A stretch of DNA of 64,000 bases from Octopus vulgaris. Taxonomy: Eukaryota. The translations under genes were made by a program, and so were the position numbers. The notes under the pieces were generated by a model. That model searched no databases, was not told where the DNA came from, and was given only the letters and a program-made list of their open reading frames with translations. Every line of letters begins with the position of its first letter. Positions within the stretch are counted from its first letter, which is position 1. Shown here piece after piece: positions 52,878 to 64,000 of this stretch. The stretch is from positions 19,964,001 to 20,028,000 of the forward strand of contig OX597827.1 in the NCBI GenBank assembly GCA_951406725.2, given 5' to 3'.

Positions 52878-53265
52878 TGGAGGCGCAATGGCCCAGTGGT
52901 TAGGGCAACGGACTCGCGGTCATAGGATTACGGTTTCGATTCCCAGACCGGGCGTTGTGAGTGTTTATTGAGCGAAAACACCTAAAAGCTCCACGAGGCT
53001 CCGGCAGGGGATGGTGGTGATCCCTGCTGTACTCTTTCACCACAACTTTCTCTCACTCTTACTTCCTGTTTCTGTTGTACCTGTATTTCAAAGGGTCGGC
53101 CTCGTCACTTTCTGTGTCACGCTGAATATCCCCGAGAACTACGTTAAGGGTACGCGTGTCTGTGGAGTGCTCAGCCTCTTACACGTTACTTTCACGAGCA
53201 GGCTGTTCCGTTGGTTCGGATCAACCGGAACCCTCGTCGTCGTAACCGACGGAGTGCTTCCACTT
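52878..53265 (+). mobile_element. SINE family B variant with another 3' tail
   Basis: tggcccagtggttagggcaacggactcgcgg head; ends ~160 bp before a VMAT exon. Confidence 0.85.
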
Positions 53266-53424
53266 CCATTAATTCTGACACAATTTCGCACATTTTGGTT
53301 TCATTCTTGTTTCTTTTGTATTTCAAAGAATCTTTCTTTGTTTTCACAGTGTTTATGTTATATTTAATGTTATCTGTTTTCTTATATTCTCAGTTAATAT
53401 TATATTTTTTTTCTCTCCTTTCAG

Positions 53425-53514
53425 TCGGTCCTCCTTTTGGTGGTATAATGTATCAATTTGGTGGTAAAGAATTGCCGTTTCTCATATTAGCCTGCATCGC
53501 TGTTATTGATGGCT
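53425..53514 (+). CDS. VMAT: VMAT internal exon, 90 nt, phase 1-1
   Basis: tttttttctctcctttcAG acceptor, GTgagt donor; VGPPFGGIMYQFGGKELPFLILACIAVIDG continues directly from ...AMGVL of the previous exon and includes the conserved TM6 Asp. Confidence 0.96.
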
Positions 53515-54376
53515 GTGAGTAGATTTTTGTTTACAGCTCTCCTGTGAAATATATCTATATCTATAAATACAAAATGAGAAAATGGAGAAATATATCTAAA
53601 TCAATCATCAATTATCAGATAGTACCGAATCATATACTTTATTAAAACACTACACAATAGCAATGAGATTATACATTAATACAGTCCAATAATTACAATC
53701 GATATGGTGAGATAAAACTAAATAAATATAACAAGATATAAAATACATTTACATTGTAGCTGACAGCTGTTTCGGCCATGAAGATAGGTATGTCTCATTT
53801 AACCTATTAGCCATATAATGCAGGTATAAATGAGACATTAACAAGAATATCTTATGGCCTCTTCGGAGATTCTAATGCAAACGCTAAAATAATTTACATA
53901 TAAATATAAATATGAGTGCATACATACTCATATTATATATATATATTATTATTATATGTAGAAAAATACAAACTGGGACAAGAGCGTAAAACATTTAGAA
54001 GACGATACAAAAAACACGGACGGGACATTCGAAGCCTTCAATCTTCAGTCAAGAACCGGATCATCGTAGCAATCTCGGCTGATTAATCTTGAGATCGCTG
54101 CGATCCGGCCAGCCCCAAGGAAAAACTAAGCTACGAACATTAGATTTCTTGGAAGAAGGATCGAATGTATACGAAACAAGGACAGAAAAACGGACGATGC
54201 CACACGAATATAAAATACAAAAAACAATATATATATATATAACCCGTATGTGTGTGTGTGTTGTAAATCTGGTATCGAGAAGACGATTAACCGCAGAAAA
54301 GTACTCAATATATTATAAATGCTAAGTCAGAGTATCTTTTATGAATTTAATTTGGTAATGTCTGACAATAGCACTG

Positions 54377-54818
54377 GGATCTTTTCGGCTTGAACGGCAG
54401 TTTTTTCTAGCGGTGTCATATGAAATTGTCACCCATAATTATGACCCTTGTATCGATCTATTGCATTTCTATCTGATTTAGGGTTAGGATTAGGTAGTGT
54501 TAGTCAGGGTTAGGGTTAGGGGTGGGGGAAGGGTATCTTTTTTTCTTCACAAATGTAAATAAACCCAATCTGTTTCTTAAACGAGGGACATATTCATACG
54601 GCACAGAATGTTTTTTTACCTCAATGGACGTCAGTGATTGGTTGAAATTGAAGAAATTGAAGAAAAAAACAACAAATATCTTACAAACCATAGAATTTTC
54701 TCAATAAAGCCAAGAGAAAAAGATGTTTTATAAACGCATTCTACCAGTATAGGAAGTTTAAAATTTTTTAGTTACCTAGAAATTATGTTACAAACTGCCG
54801 TTGAAACCGAAAAGATCC
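54377..54818. mobile_element. GGATC-TIR MITE, 8-bp TSD TAGCACTG
   Basis: TIRs plus exact TSD; internal (TTAGGG)-like run. Confidence 0.93.
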
Positions 54819-55249
54819 TAGCACTGTACTTCAAAGCATATACACAAGCATACACACACTCCCACATACACACGCCCACACGCATACCTACAACGTTTTA
54901 TACCTGACACGTGACAATTGTAACACGCGTGCGCGCAGCAATAATGATTTCCAAAATAACGTATGAAGTCACAAAGCGAATGGTTCTCAAATTCATCCTC
55001 CGCATTTAAGAGTTCATCGAACCCAGAGAGATGAGTGACAAAATTTGTCACTGTACTCCTGAAGGACAAAATTGATTCGTAAAGGACAGAGAGTTAAATA
55101 ATCAAGAACTGAATTAATTAGTGAAAGACACAGCCAATGCAATAAATAATTCCTCATTCATTCTCCGTTCGATTTTTAATGTTGTAAAATTCGGAGTTGC
55201 CTCCCTTGATTTCCTTCTCTAGACTTACCATTGACGCTATTCATTTTTT

Positions 55250-55668
55250 GGATCTTTTCGGTTTGAACGGCAGTTTTTTCTAGCGGTGTCATATGAAATT
55301 ATCATCCATAATCATGACCCTAATATCAATCTATTGCATTTCAATCTGTTTTAGTGTTAGGGTTAGTAAGGGTTAGGGGGAAGAGTATCTTTTTTTCTTC
55401 ACAAATGTAAATAAACCCAATCTGTTTCTTAAACGAGGGAAATATTCATACGGCACAGAATGTTTTCACCTCAATGGACGTCATTGATTGGTTGAAATTG
55501 AAGAAATTGAAGAAAAAAACAACAAATATCTTACAAACCATAGAATTTTCTCAATAAATCCAAGAGAAAAAGATGTTTTATAAACACATTCTACCAGTAT
55601 ACGAAGTTTAAAATTTTTTAGTTACCTAGAAACTATGTTAAAAACTGCCGTTCAAACGGAAAAGATCC
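55250..55668. mobile_element. GGATC-TIR MITE
   Basis: TIRs present; TSD not evident. Confidence 0.9.
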
Positions 55669-55794
55669 TATAACTCCCTAGTTGAAGAATATAACTCTAC
55701 TCTTTGGATTTTTCTTTTTCTTTTGCAACATGGCTGTTTCTTTGTCCTGCAACCTCGTTTCTGTTTTATTAAAAGTTTCTTGCTTCTTTGGCAG

Positions 55795-55896
55795 GTTTGC
55801 AGTTGATAGTATTACAGCTGAAAGTAAAACCAGAAGCACAAGAAGGAACCTCATTAAAAGACTTAATCAGAGACCCCTATATTTTGGTAGCTGCTG
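55795..55896 (+). CDS. VMAT: VMAT internal exon, 102 nt, phase 1-1
   Basis: tcttgcttctttggcAG acceptor, GTaggt donor; CLQLIVLQLKVKPEAQEGTSLKDLIRDPYILVAA(G), matching VMAT ...GTPLTTLLKDPYILIAAG; the next exon was not found in the window. Confidence 0.95.
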
Positions 55897-56559
55897 GTAG
55901 GTTACCCCTTTTGTTTGTTTGCTTTTTTTTGTGATTTCTTGCAGCCGATTAGTTCTCGGCTTCGTTGCGTTGATTTTGTTTGATGTTTCTTTTTATTGTG
56001 TCGATTTTTCATCAGCCGAAAACCATTCCAGCCGTGACCAGCGTGGCTGATATTGTTTAACCCCGGATCAGACCTGATTAAGTACACGTATGATCGAAAG
56101 CGTTCCAGTTGTGACGATCCAGTCTTTTAGTCAAGCATCATGTATCTACGCTAGTCTTAGATGCCAGCTTGATTCAGACAGTAAAAGAAATTTGGCTGCT
56201 ATTTCAAGCAGATCGAATGACCTCCGAAAGGCTAGTTGGCTGAATCCAGACAACTTGACTGAATCCAGACACCTTGGCTGGCTTCAGTTTTTAGATATAG
56301 TGTTTCATTCTTGTTTTAGAGAGAAGTTTCGTGTGATTTAAGAATATTTGAGTGTTCTGATAAGCATCAATAAGTCCCTACAAACATAGGGGTTGCTTTA
56401 AGTAGAATATGTGAAAAATGATGGGTGGCGAAATCAAGAAAACTCTACAAAGTTTGAATCTCAATGACCACCACGAACAAATTCCCACTTTCGTTTGTCG
56501 TTTCTCGGTCAAGAGGCACGTTCTCCGAATTGGCCAATTTACACGAACCATATTCGCTA

Positions 56560-56601
<42 letters not shown>

Positions 56602-56699
56602 CTATCTCTCACACACACACACCTTTCAAATAAATTCCTGAGTAGAAGCACTTCCCTCTTAACCTAAACCTTCCTTTCCAAATATAATTTCAAAGAAGT

Positions 56700-57579
56700 G
56701 GATGAGGATTTGGCCAAAGAGGAAAGGTGTCTGTCTGCAATCGTTTCAATCTTGTCCACCACACAACCTCAGAGGGAGGGAAACAACCTACTTCCTCGGC
56801 CGAAGGAGGTGGGTCTGATGTTCATGATGGGTTCTACCGATAACTGGGTCCATTCTACTCACAAGAACATATGTTCGATCGACGAAAACTCCACAAATCC
56901 GACACTGAACCAGTGCAAAACAATTTCGTTGTTCCGTGCGCATCTCGGACAAGGCCAGCTGATGGCACCCCTGTGCCTGTAGAGTTAGTCTCTAACACGC
57001 AATATCTTCCCCTTGTCCCGTTAACATAAACAGGTCAAGAAATATATAGTTATTGGGCCGAAGTTCCCAAAACAGACCAAACATCATCGCTTTTCCCTTC
57101 ATCGCTAGTCCTCCATAGGACCCCAACATGGACGTTTCAGGCGCCGCATTGCCCGACTGGTAGTACCTAACAACTTTCCAGATGCCACGTGGCCAGTCTT
57201 GGTATTCGGTTAACCAAAACCACCGTTCTGTCAAGAAGACAAACGGTGGAAAGATATGAATGACAAAAACATGACCAAATCTGCTCACACTCTTGAATCT
57301 TTGCAGATGCAACGGTCTCAGTGAATGTTTGCACATCATCAGCCGTGCCATTCCGAGTCCCACGTGTACTCTCCTTTACTTTTTTTACTTGTTTCAGTCA
57401 TTTGACTGCGGCCATGCTGGAGCACCGCCTTTAGTCGACAAATCGACCCCGGGACTTATTCTTTGTAAGCCCAGTACTTATTCTATCGGTCTCTTTTTGC
57501 CGAACCGCTAAGTGACGGGGACGTAAGCACACCAGCATAGGTTGTCGAGCAATGCTAGGGGTACAAACACAGACACACA

Positions 57580-57627
<48 letters not shown>

Positions 57628-58740
57628 TACGACAGGCTTCTTTCAGTTTCCGTCTACCAAATCCACTCACAAGGCATTGGTCGGCCCGGGGCTATAGCAG
57701 AAGACACTCGCTCAAGATGCCACGCAGTGGGACTGAACCCGGAACCATGTGGTTGGTTAGCAAGCTACTTACCCCACAGCCACTCCTGCGGATGTTAACA
57801 GCTGATTGGCTGCTTGAGTAATGGAATACGTCCGTTCTGCAAGAGATTAAAGAACAGACGCTCCAGTCTGATCAAGTGAAAACTAGAGGAGGGCATGACA
57901 ACTATGCAGTAATAAAATATAACGGAGGTAATATGTGTGTTCGCCACCTCTTTGCGACTTTCCGGGTGTAACTTACTCTAAACCTATTTTAGGGTGAGCT
58001 GGCCATCCTGCTTGTAACCTCGACCCACTTCCTCTCCATTTACAGGTCATGATCGAACTAGGCCCTTTACCGGACCGGTTGCCTATCCACTTCAATGGAC
58101 TTCCCTCTTCAGGTGTCAAACTATAAGCCCACCGACTTCTTCCGCTTATTGTTTGCCCCTGTCAAAGTTTTCTTTGCTGACCACCACGACATCATTACAG
58201 TAACGTCGTCAGTATTTTTTCCAACACATCGCTTCTGCATCCCAGGTCGAACGGGGAACCCCACCCCTCAAACAATTCAATTTCTGCAGTATTGGGTCAA
58301 AAGCTAGTACATGTAAAGGCAGTCACTGAGTAGATGCTGCTGTGCATTGAAGCGATCCGGCCCCTGAAGACGGGACCGAAACTGGCCGCCTTGAGAACAG
58401 CTTCCATCTAATAATGGTCGATCCTAACGGAAGCTGTAAATTGATCAGTTGATTGATCAAGGCCTCATCAAAATCTCTTTTCTCTATGGTTTATCGTATG
58501 AGGCGGTGTTTGTCGTGGATTGTACTGATCAGAACTATGCACATCGGCGCTTCTACCCTCAACAAGTGCCAACCTCTTTGCTAGCGGTAGGACCAAAACC
58601 TTGCATTTAGCAAAGTTATAGACCAGAAGCTCCCCTTGTTCGCATCCTTCCTCAGTAATGTTGTTTCTCCCTGGCCCACTGAACTGGAAATTCTTCCATT
58701 TTACTACCATCCACGGAAGACGTGATGCGGTGGGTGACAA
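56700..58740 (-). mobile_element. Degenerate L1/Tx1-like LINE RT region, split by a SINE
   Basis: Decayed ALIN...RIDH, AVLKAASFGPVF, YVLAFDPILQKL remnants on the minus strand. Confidence 0.6.
57375..57790 (-). mobile_element. SINE family A, full length, antisense to VMAT
   Basis: Reverse complement of the 51822 and 48209 copies. Confidence 0.92.
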
Positions 58741-58984
58741 CACAAAAAATAACGCAGCTGATACACTGCTTGAACGCTTTTCTCAAAGTGTTGCTCGATC
58801 ATGGTGACCTGTGGTTAAACAAGAACAACGACTACAAAATAAGCCGAGAATTACACATTTTCGGTGGGGCGGAGACCCTCACTCATTGAAAGTTAATGGC
58901 CCTTGGATAGAAGAACAGATATTGTTAGGATTTGAAGTCAAGTCGTGAAGGAACGTTAATATCTATCGTTATTCTGCCATAAAA

Positions 58985-59323
58985 GGGTAAAGACCCCCTT
59001 CAGTCATGAATAACCATGGGATTGCACCTAGAAAGTTACCCTCCTAGACACAAGTCGGGGCAAGGTTGTTTATGGAAGACCAGTAGTCGCCCATGCATAC
59101 CAGCCTCCCCTCTCCACGCCACCAGTGTTATCCAAGGGAAAGACAAAGGTCGATACAGTTCGGCACCAGTGACGTCGCAACTCATTTCTACAGCTGAGTG
59201 AACTGGAGCAACGTGAAATAAAGTGCCTTGCTCAAGAGCACAACACGCAGCCCGGTCCGGGATTCGAGCTCACAACCTCACGATCGTAAGCTCGACGCTC
59301 TAACCACTGAGCCATGCGCCTTC
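58985..59323 (-). mobile_element. tRNA-derived SINE family C, full length
   Basis: Head ggcgcatggctcagtggttagagcgtcgagcttacgatcg, central cttgagcaaggcactttatttcacgttgctccag. Confidence 0.88.
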
Positions 59324-59835
59324 TGCCATATATACTATCATTACAACAGCAACAACATCAATAACAAACAAAACCAGTCGAATTCAAATGTCCTCATCCT
59401 CCTCATCATCATCATTCCACCCCTACACTTCGCTGTCTTAACAATTTCTGAAGAAAGAAATTTCGTTGATCTCATTTCTTGATGATCAGATTTCTATTGA
59501 AGAAGTTCATTCTGTGCTGGACCTAATATTGTTGTTGTTGTTGGGATTATTATTATTATTATTATTATTGTTGTTGTTATTGTTGTGGGTTTTATTGAAC
59601 TTGTTGTGATTGGTTCAAGTTTGTGGGTTTTTAGTTTGTTTTGTTTTGTTTTTGTTGTTGTTTTTTTTTATTTGTTGATTAGGTTTTTGTTGGATTTTTA
59701 TGTTTGGAGGAGATTTTGATTGAATATAGTTTTTATTGGATTCATTTGTGTAGGGGGTGGGGTGACGAGGAGAGTGTTGTGGTGGAGACTGATGAATTGG
59801 GAGACTGATTGATGGACGGAAGAATATATATAAGA

Positions 59836-59867
<32 letters not shown>

Positions 59868-59927
59868 TTACACGCATACATACACACATATTCATCCATG
59901 CATACGTACATACATACATACACACAT

Positions 59928-59975
<48 letters not shown>

Positions 59976-60574
59976 GCACACACATATATGCACTTACATT
60001 TATACAGTTTGCGTGCAGAGACAGATGCAGAGAGGGAGGGAGGGAGGGAGAGGAGAGTGAGGAATGGGTGTAGGGGAAGTTTTAAATACTTATTGATGAG
60101 ATTAAGAAAACAAAAGAAAAACAAAAAAGCATAAAAGAAAACAAAGAACAAAACAACAAAAGGTAAAAAAAAGTAACAATGAAAACAAGGAATGAGTTTC
60201 GATGGTTTTCTAGAAACAATTCACATGGAAATTACTGTCAACTAATTTAACCAATCATGATACGGGGGTGTGGGTGGGGGAGTTTGAAAACGGCGGTGGC
60301 GTCGATAGACCACGGGAGGTGAATGGAGTAGGTCAACGATGCCTCGTCTAATGGCTGGTGAGTTCGAATCATATGACCGATACATTTACCATTAAGTCTG
60401 TGTGTGTGTATAGCGGTGCCCCAGCATGGCCACAGCTCGTGAGCTGAAACTAGATAAAATTAAAATAAAATAAAATAATATATACATGGTTCCGGGTTCA
60501 GTCCCACTGCGTGGCATCTTGGGCAAGTGTCTTCTACTATAGCCTCGGCCGACCAAAGCCTTGTGAGTGGAACA

Positions 60575-61495
60575 TTAAACTGCATGTTCTTGTCCTCAGC
60601 TCACCTGTATATTGTATCCAACTCTCGTTGCAGATGTGCAATATTTCTAGGGTTTTGTATTGTCTGAAAGACGTTTGTGTCATCTGCATAGCTAGCAAGG
60701 ATGGCCATCTTAGCAACAGAGAGCATGTCTGAAAGGGCCACTATGAATAGCTTTGGCCCCAAGACAGTGCCCTGTGGAACACCACTTGTCATTTGTGTTT
60801 CCTTGGAGGTGGCTCCATTGGCCACCATTGCCTGCCTTCTACCTTTTAGGAAGTTGTGCAGTTTGTGACAGATCATACCATGGTCGATTTTATCAAAGGC
60901 TTTTGCAAAGTCGAGATCTTATCACATCCACACTTGAGTCATTTAGTAGCTGTTTTAACACCCAGTTATAGTGTTGCAGGAGCTGTGTTAGGCAGCTTCT
61001 ACCTGGTCGAAATCCATGCTGGGTGTCAGTCAGCAAGTCATTTTCTTCAAGGAACATGATTAGTTTCTTGCGGACTATTCGTTCCATGACTTTGCTGATG
61101 TGTGAGGTCAGAGAGATAGGCCTATAATTTTTAGCATCTGCTCTGCTTCCTCCCTTATGGATAGGGCATATTATCCCTGCTTTCAATTTGACTGGGAGCT
61201 TGTCACTTGCAAGAAAGCTCTGAAAAAGAAGCTGTAACGGTTTTGCAAGGGTTAGTTTGCACGATTTGAGAAGGATCGCTGGAAATCCATCAGGTCCAGC
61301 AGCTGAGTTTGTGTCAATCTCATCTATGGCCAGTGTGATATCATCATCTTCAATGTTGATGTACTCAATTTTCGCCTCTTTGGCTACAGGTAAAGCGGCA
61401 AACAATTCTTCTAGTTTGTTTACTTGCCTGTGTCCTAGAGGTGTAGTGAACACATTTTGGAACTGTTCGTTCAGTATTTCACTTATCCTCATGAG
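60575..61495 (-). mobile_element. CR1/L2-group LINE RT domain fragment
   Basis: [18 protein letters not shown]...[37 protein letters not shown]. Confidence 0.92.
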
Positions 61496-61797
61496 ACATA
61501 TATATGTACATATATATACATATACATACATATATATATGCATATATATATGTACATATATATACATATATATATACATATATATATACATATATATACA
61601 TATATATACATATATATATATAAACACATATATATATACATATATATACATATATACACATATATATATATACATATATATATATACACACACATATATA
61701 TATACATATATATATATACATATATATATATACACACACATATATATATACATATATATACACACACATATATATACATATATATATATATACATAT

Positions 61798-61855
<58 letters not shown>
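61496..61855. repeat. (TA/CA) compound microsatellite
   Basis: catatatata-type units. Confidence 0.95.
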
Positions 61856-61858
<3 letters not shown>

Positions 61859-62553
61859 TTAGAGGTTAGACAACTATCTAAGGAATAAAAAATATCCAAT
61901 ATACTACTGGATGTATACATATATATATCCAAATGCTTACTGTTGTAAGGCAATTGAATGTTTGGAGGTAAACAAAAGTTTAACCAGAATTTATAAGGCA
62001 AGGAGGAAAATGGAGAAGATAATCATTTGACAAACATTAGCTTACGAACATAATCTGGATCTATTTATTAATTACAATTATATGAATAAATAAATGAGTG
62101 AATACAACTCTATTCTTACAGCTGTTTTAATCTTTGGAGATCCAGCATCCCAAATTTGACACCTCATACCAAGATTATACAAATATCATACAAAGATTGG
62201 ACAAAAATTGAACCCCAGAGCTTCATTAGAGACTCCATAATGGCAAGAATTAAACAAGTAAAAACGTAAACTAAAATAATGAAAAATAGTAAAAAAGTAA
62301 ATCCAAAGATTGTGAGATCTCATCTTATTTCAATCTCAGAGATTTCTGCTTTTATCTCATTGATTGGATTTCCTGAATTTCAGCTGCATAGAACTCTGCA
62401 TTATACTCTCTTGTGTTTGATTGATATGTAGTCTGCTAGCCGAGTCCACAAGAGGAGCTTTCTATGAGAGCCACACAATTCTATTAATCCATATATTACA
62501 CTACAAATGTATATGAGAGAGAGAGAGTGTGTGTGTGTGTGTGTGCGCGCGCG

Positions 62554-62595
<42 letters not shown>

Positions 62596-63267
62596 ATATA
62601 CTATGCAACAGAATTGCTGAAAAATATTTATTAGAATCGAAGGTCTAGCAAAGAAATAAAACGGGACTATTTATTCTCTTTTTTTTTTAATCAAGAATCG
62701 AATCCTCAATATAGAATATAACAATATCAAGCATAGTTAGAGCAACATCGACACACTAAAGTTCATAGCCGATTTATTTGTATTCGGTTGCCTGAAACGA
62801 ACCATAGGTAAATCTGAAATGTTTTGCAGAAACAAAAAGAAAATGGATTTAGAAAGATAAAAACTAAATGAACGAAGTTCAGAAAAATTATAGAAGTCTA
62901 GAATATTCTACAGAAACAATTATAAGTCTACGATAATCCATAGAAACAGGCATAAGTCTGAATATTCCATATAAAAAATGGTTCCTTTTTTTTTTCAATT
63001 TTTTTTTTTCAAAAAAATGGTTTTTGGAAAAGGGAACAAAACGAGAGATTTATAAACGTGAATGTTCCAGATTTAAGTGAGAAGATAGAAGCAGGGGAAT
63101 ATACATACACACGCGCGCGCACGTACTTATATATATATATATATATATACATGTGTGTGTGTGAGTGTGATAGTGGGAGATAATTAATGCATGCATATGT
63201 GCATACATACAATCAAACACACATATATACCAAAAGAAAACAGTTTAATATATATACACTCATATAT

Positions 63268-63303
<36 letters not shown>

Positions 63304-63449
63304 TATACAATATATAAACATATATATACATACATACACACATATATATACAAACAGATATAAAATATATACACATACGTACATATACATATATATACAC
63401 ATACATATATAGTATATATATATGTGTGTATACACACACACACACACAA

Positions 63450-63815
63450 GACACTGTGTTGGGCCCACTTCTTTTCATCATCTACATCAATGAAGTGGGT
63501 GACCGGGCATGCCTTCAGACAGATCTACTGGCTGTCATCCAATGGGCGGAAAAGAATAATATGCTACTGAACGAGGACAAATTTGAGTTAATCCACTTCG
63601 GAAAGGAGGATTCCCTGAAACCCCCATACTCCTTTTCTTCAGGTGAAACTCTTATGGCTTCCAACAACATCAGAGATTTGGGAGTAATTGTGGACAACAA
63701 CATAAGCTGGGCCGCTCATATAAGCAGCAAAGTTGACATGGCTCGCAGAATGTGCTCCTGGATTCTCAGAACTTTCCAGTCGAGAGATATCCACACTATT
63801 ATCCTTCTCTTCTGC
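63450..63815 (+). mobile_element. CR1/L2-group LINE RT fragment
   Basis: TVLGPLLFIIYIN, WAEKNNMLLNEDKFELIHFG, RDLGVIVD, WILRTF. Confidence 0.85.
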
Positions 63816-64000
63816 ATTTATATATATATATATATATCATGTTATATTGTAATATATCTAAAATATATTTTTAAAGAAATTTTTGTAATTTTGGGGATTA
63901 ATAAAGATCCCGCTAAAATGTTGGATGCCAGATGTTGGCGGTTCGGGTTGGACTATCTCCGTGCGTTGTTCCGATATTTCCTGATTTCCATCAGCGAACC

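Noticed and set aside
54478-54525. TTAGGG repeats suggesting a telomere
   Set aside because: Internal part of a multi-copy MITE
7314-55896. VAChT/ChAT cholinergic locus
   Set aside because: TM5 motif is VMAT-type, and no ChAT exons were seen on either strand
60893-61807. 304-aa ORF as an active retrotransposon
   Set aside because: N-terminus is microsatellite; the RT is frameshifted and truncated

Overview
Eukaryotic, AT-rich, microsatellite-saturated animal DNA. The tRNA-derived SINE families, (TA)n/(CA)n density and LINE complement point to an octopus/coleoid cephalopod (inference from my recognition of the repeats). The one well-supported gene is a + strand vesicular monoamine transporter (SLC18/VMAT-type). 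Four internal phase-1 exons are visible (7314-7397, 9825-9917, 53425-53514, 55795-55896), one intron is ~43.5 kb, and both gene ends lie outside the window. The introns hold SINEs, LINE fragments (CR1/L2-group, RTE, R4/Dong, L1/Tx1, Penelope) and MITEs. Most interesting observations: (1) a candidate antisense terminal exon encoding a 28-aa single-TM micropeptide, with a promoter-like motif cluster and splice donor upstream; (2) several distinct short, mostly TA-tract-inserted elements carrying hammerhead-ribozyme cores, including a ~650-bp foldback with one hammerhead per arm; (3) a decayed class-A GPCR nested antisense in the big intron; (4) in-window evidence of a SINE/LINE shared 3' tail; (5) many long foldbacks that could be dsRNA/ADAR substrates. 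Nearly all ORFs in the supplied track are microsatellite or TE artefacts. No databases were searched. Repeat boundaries are approximate; exon boundaries were counted by hand.
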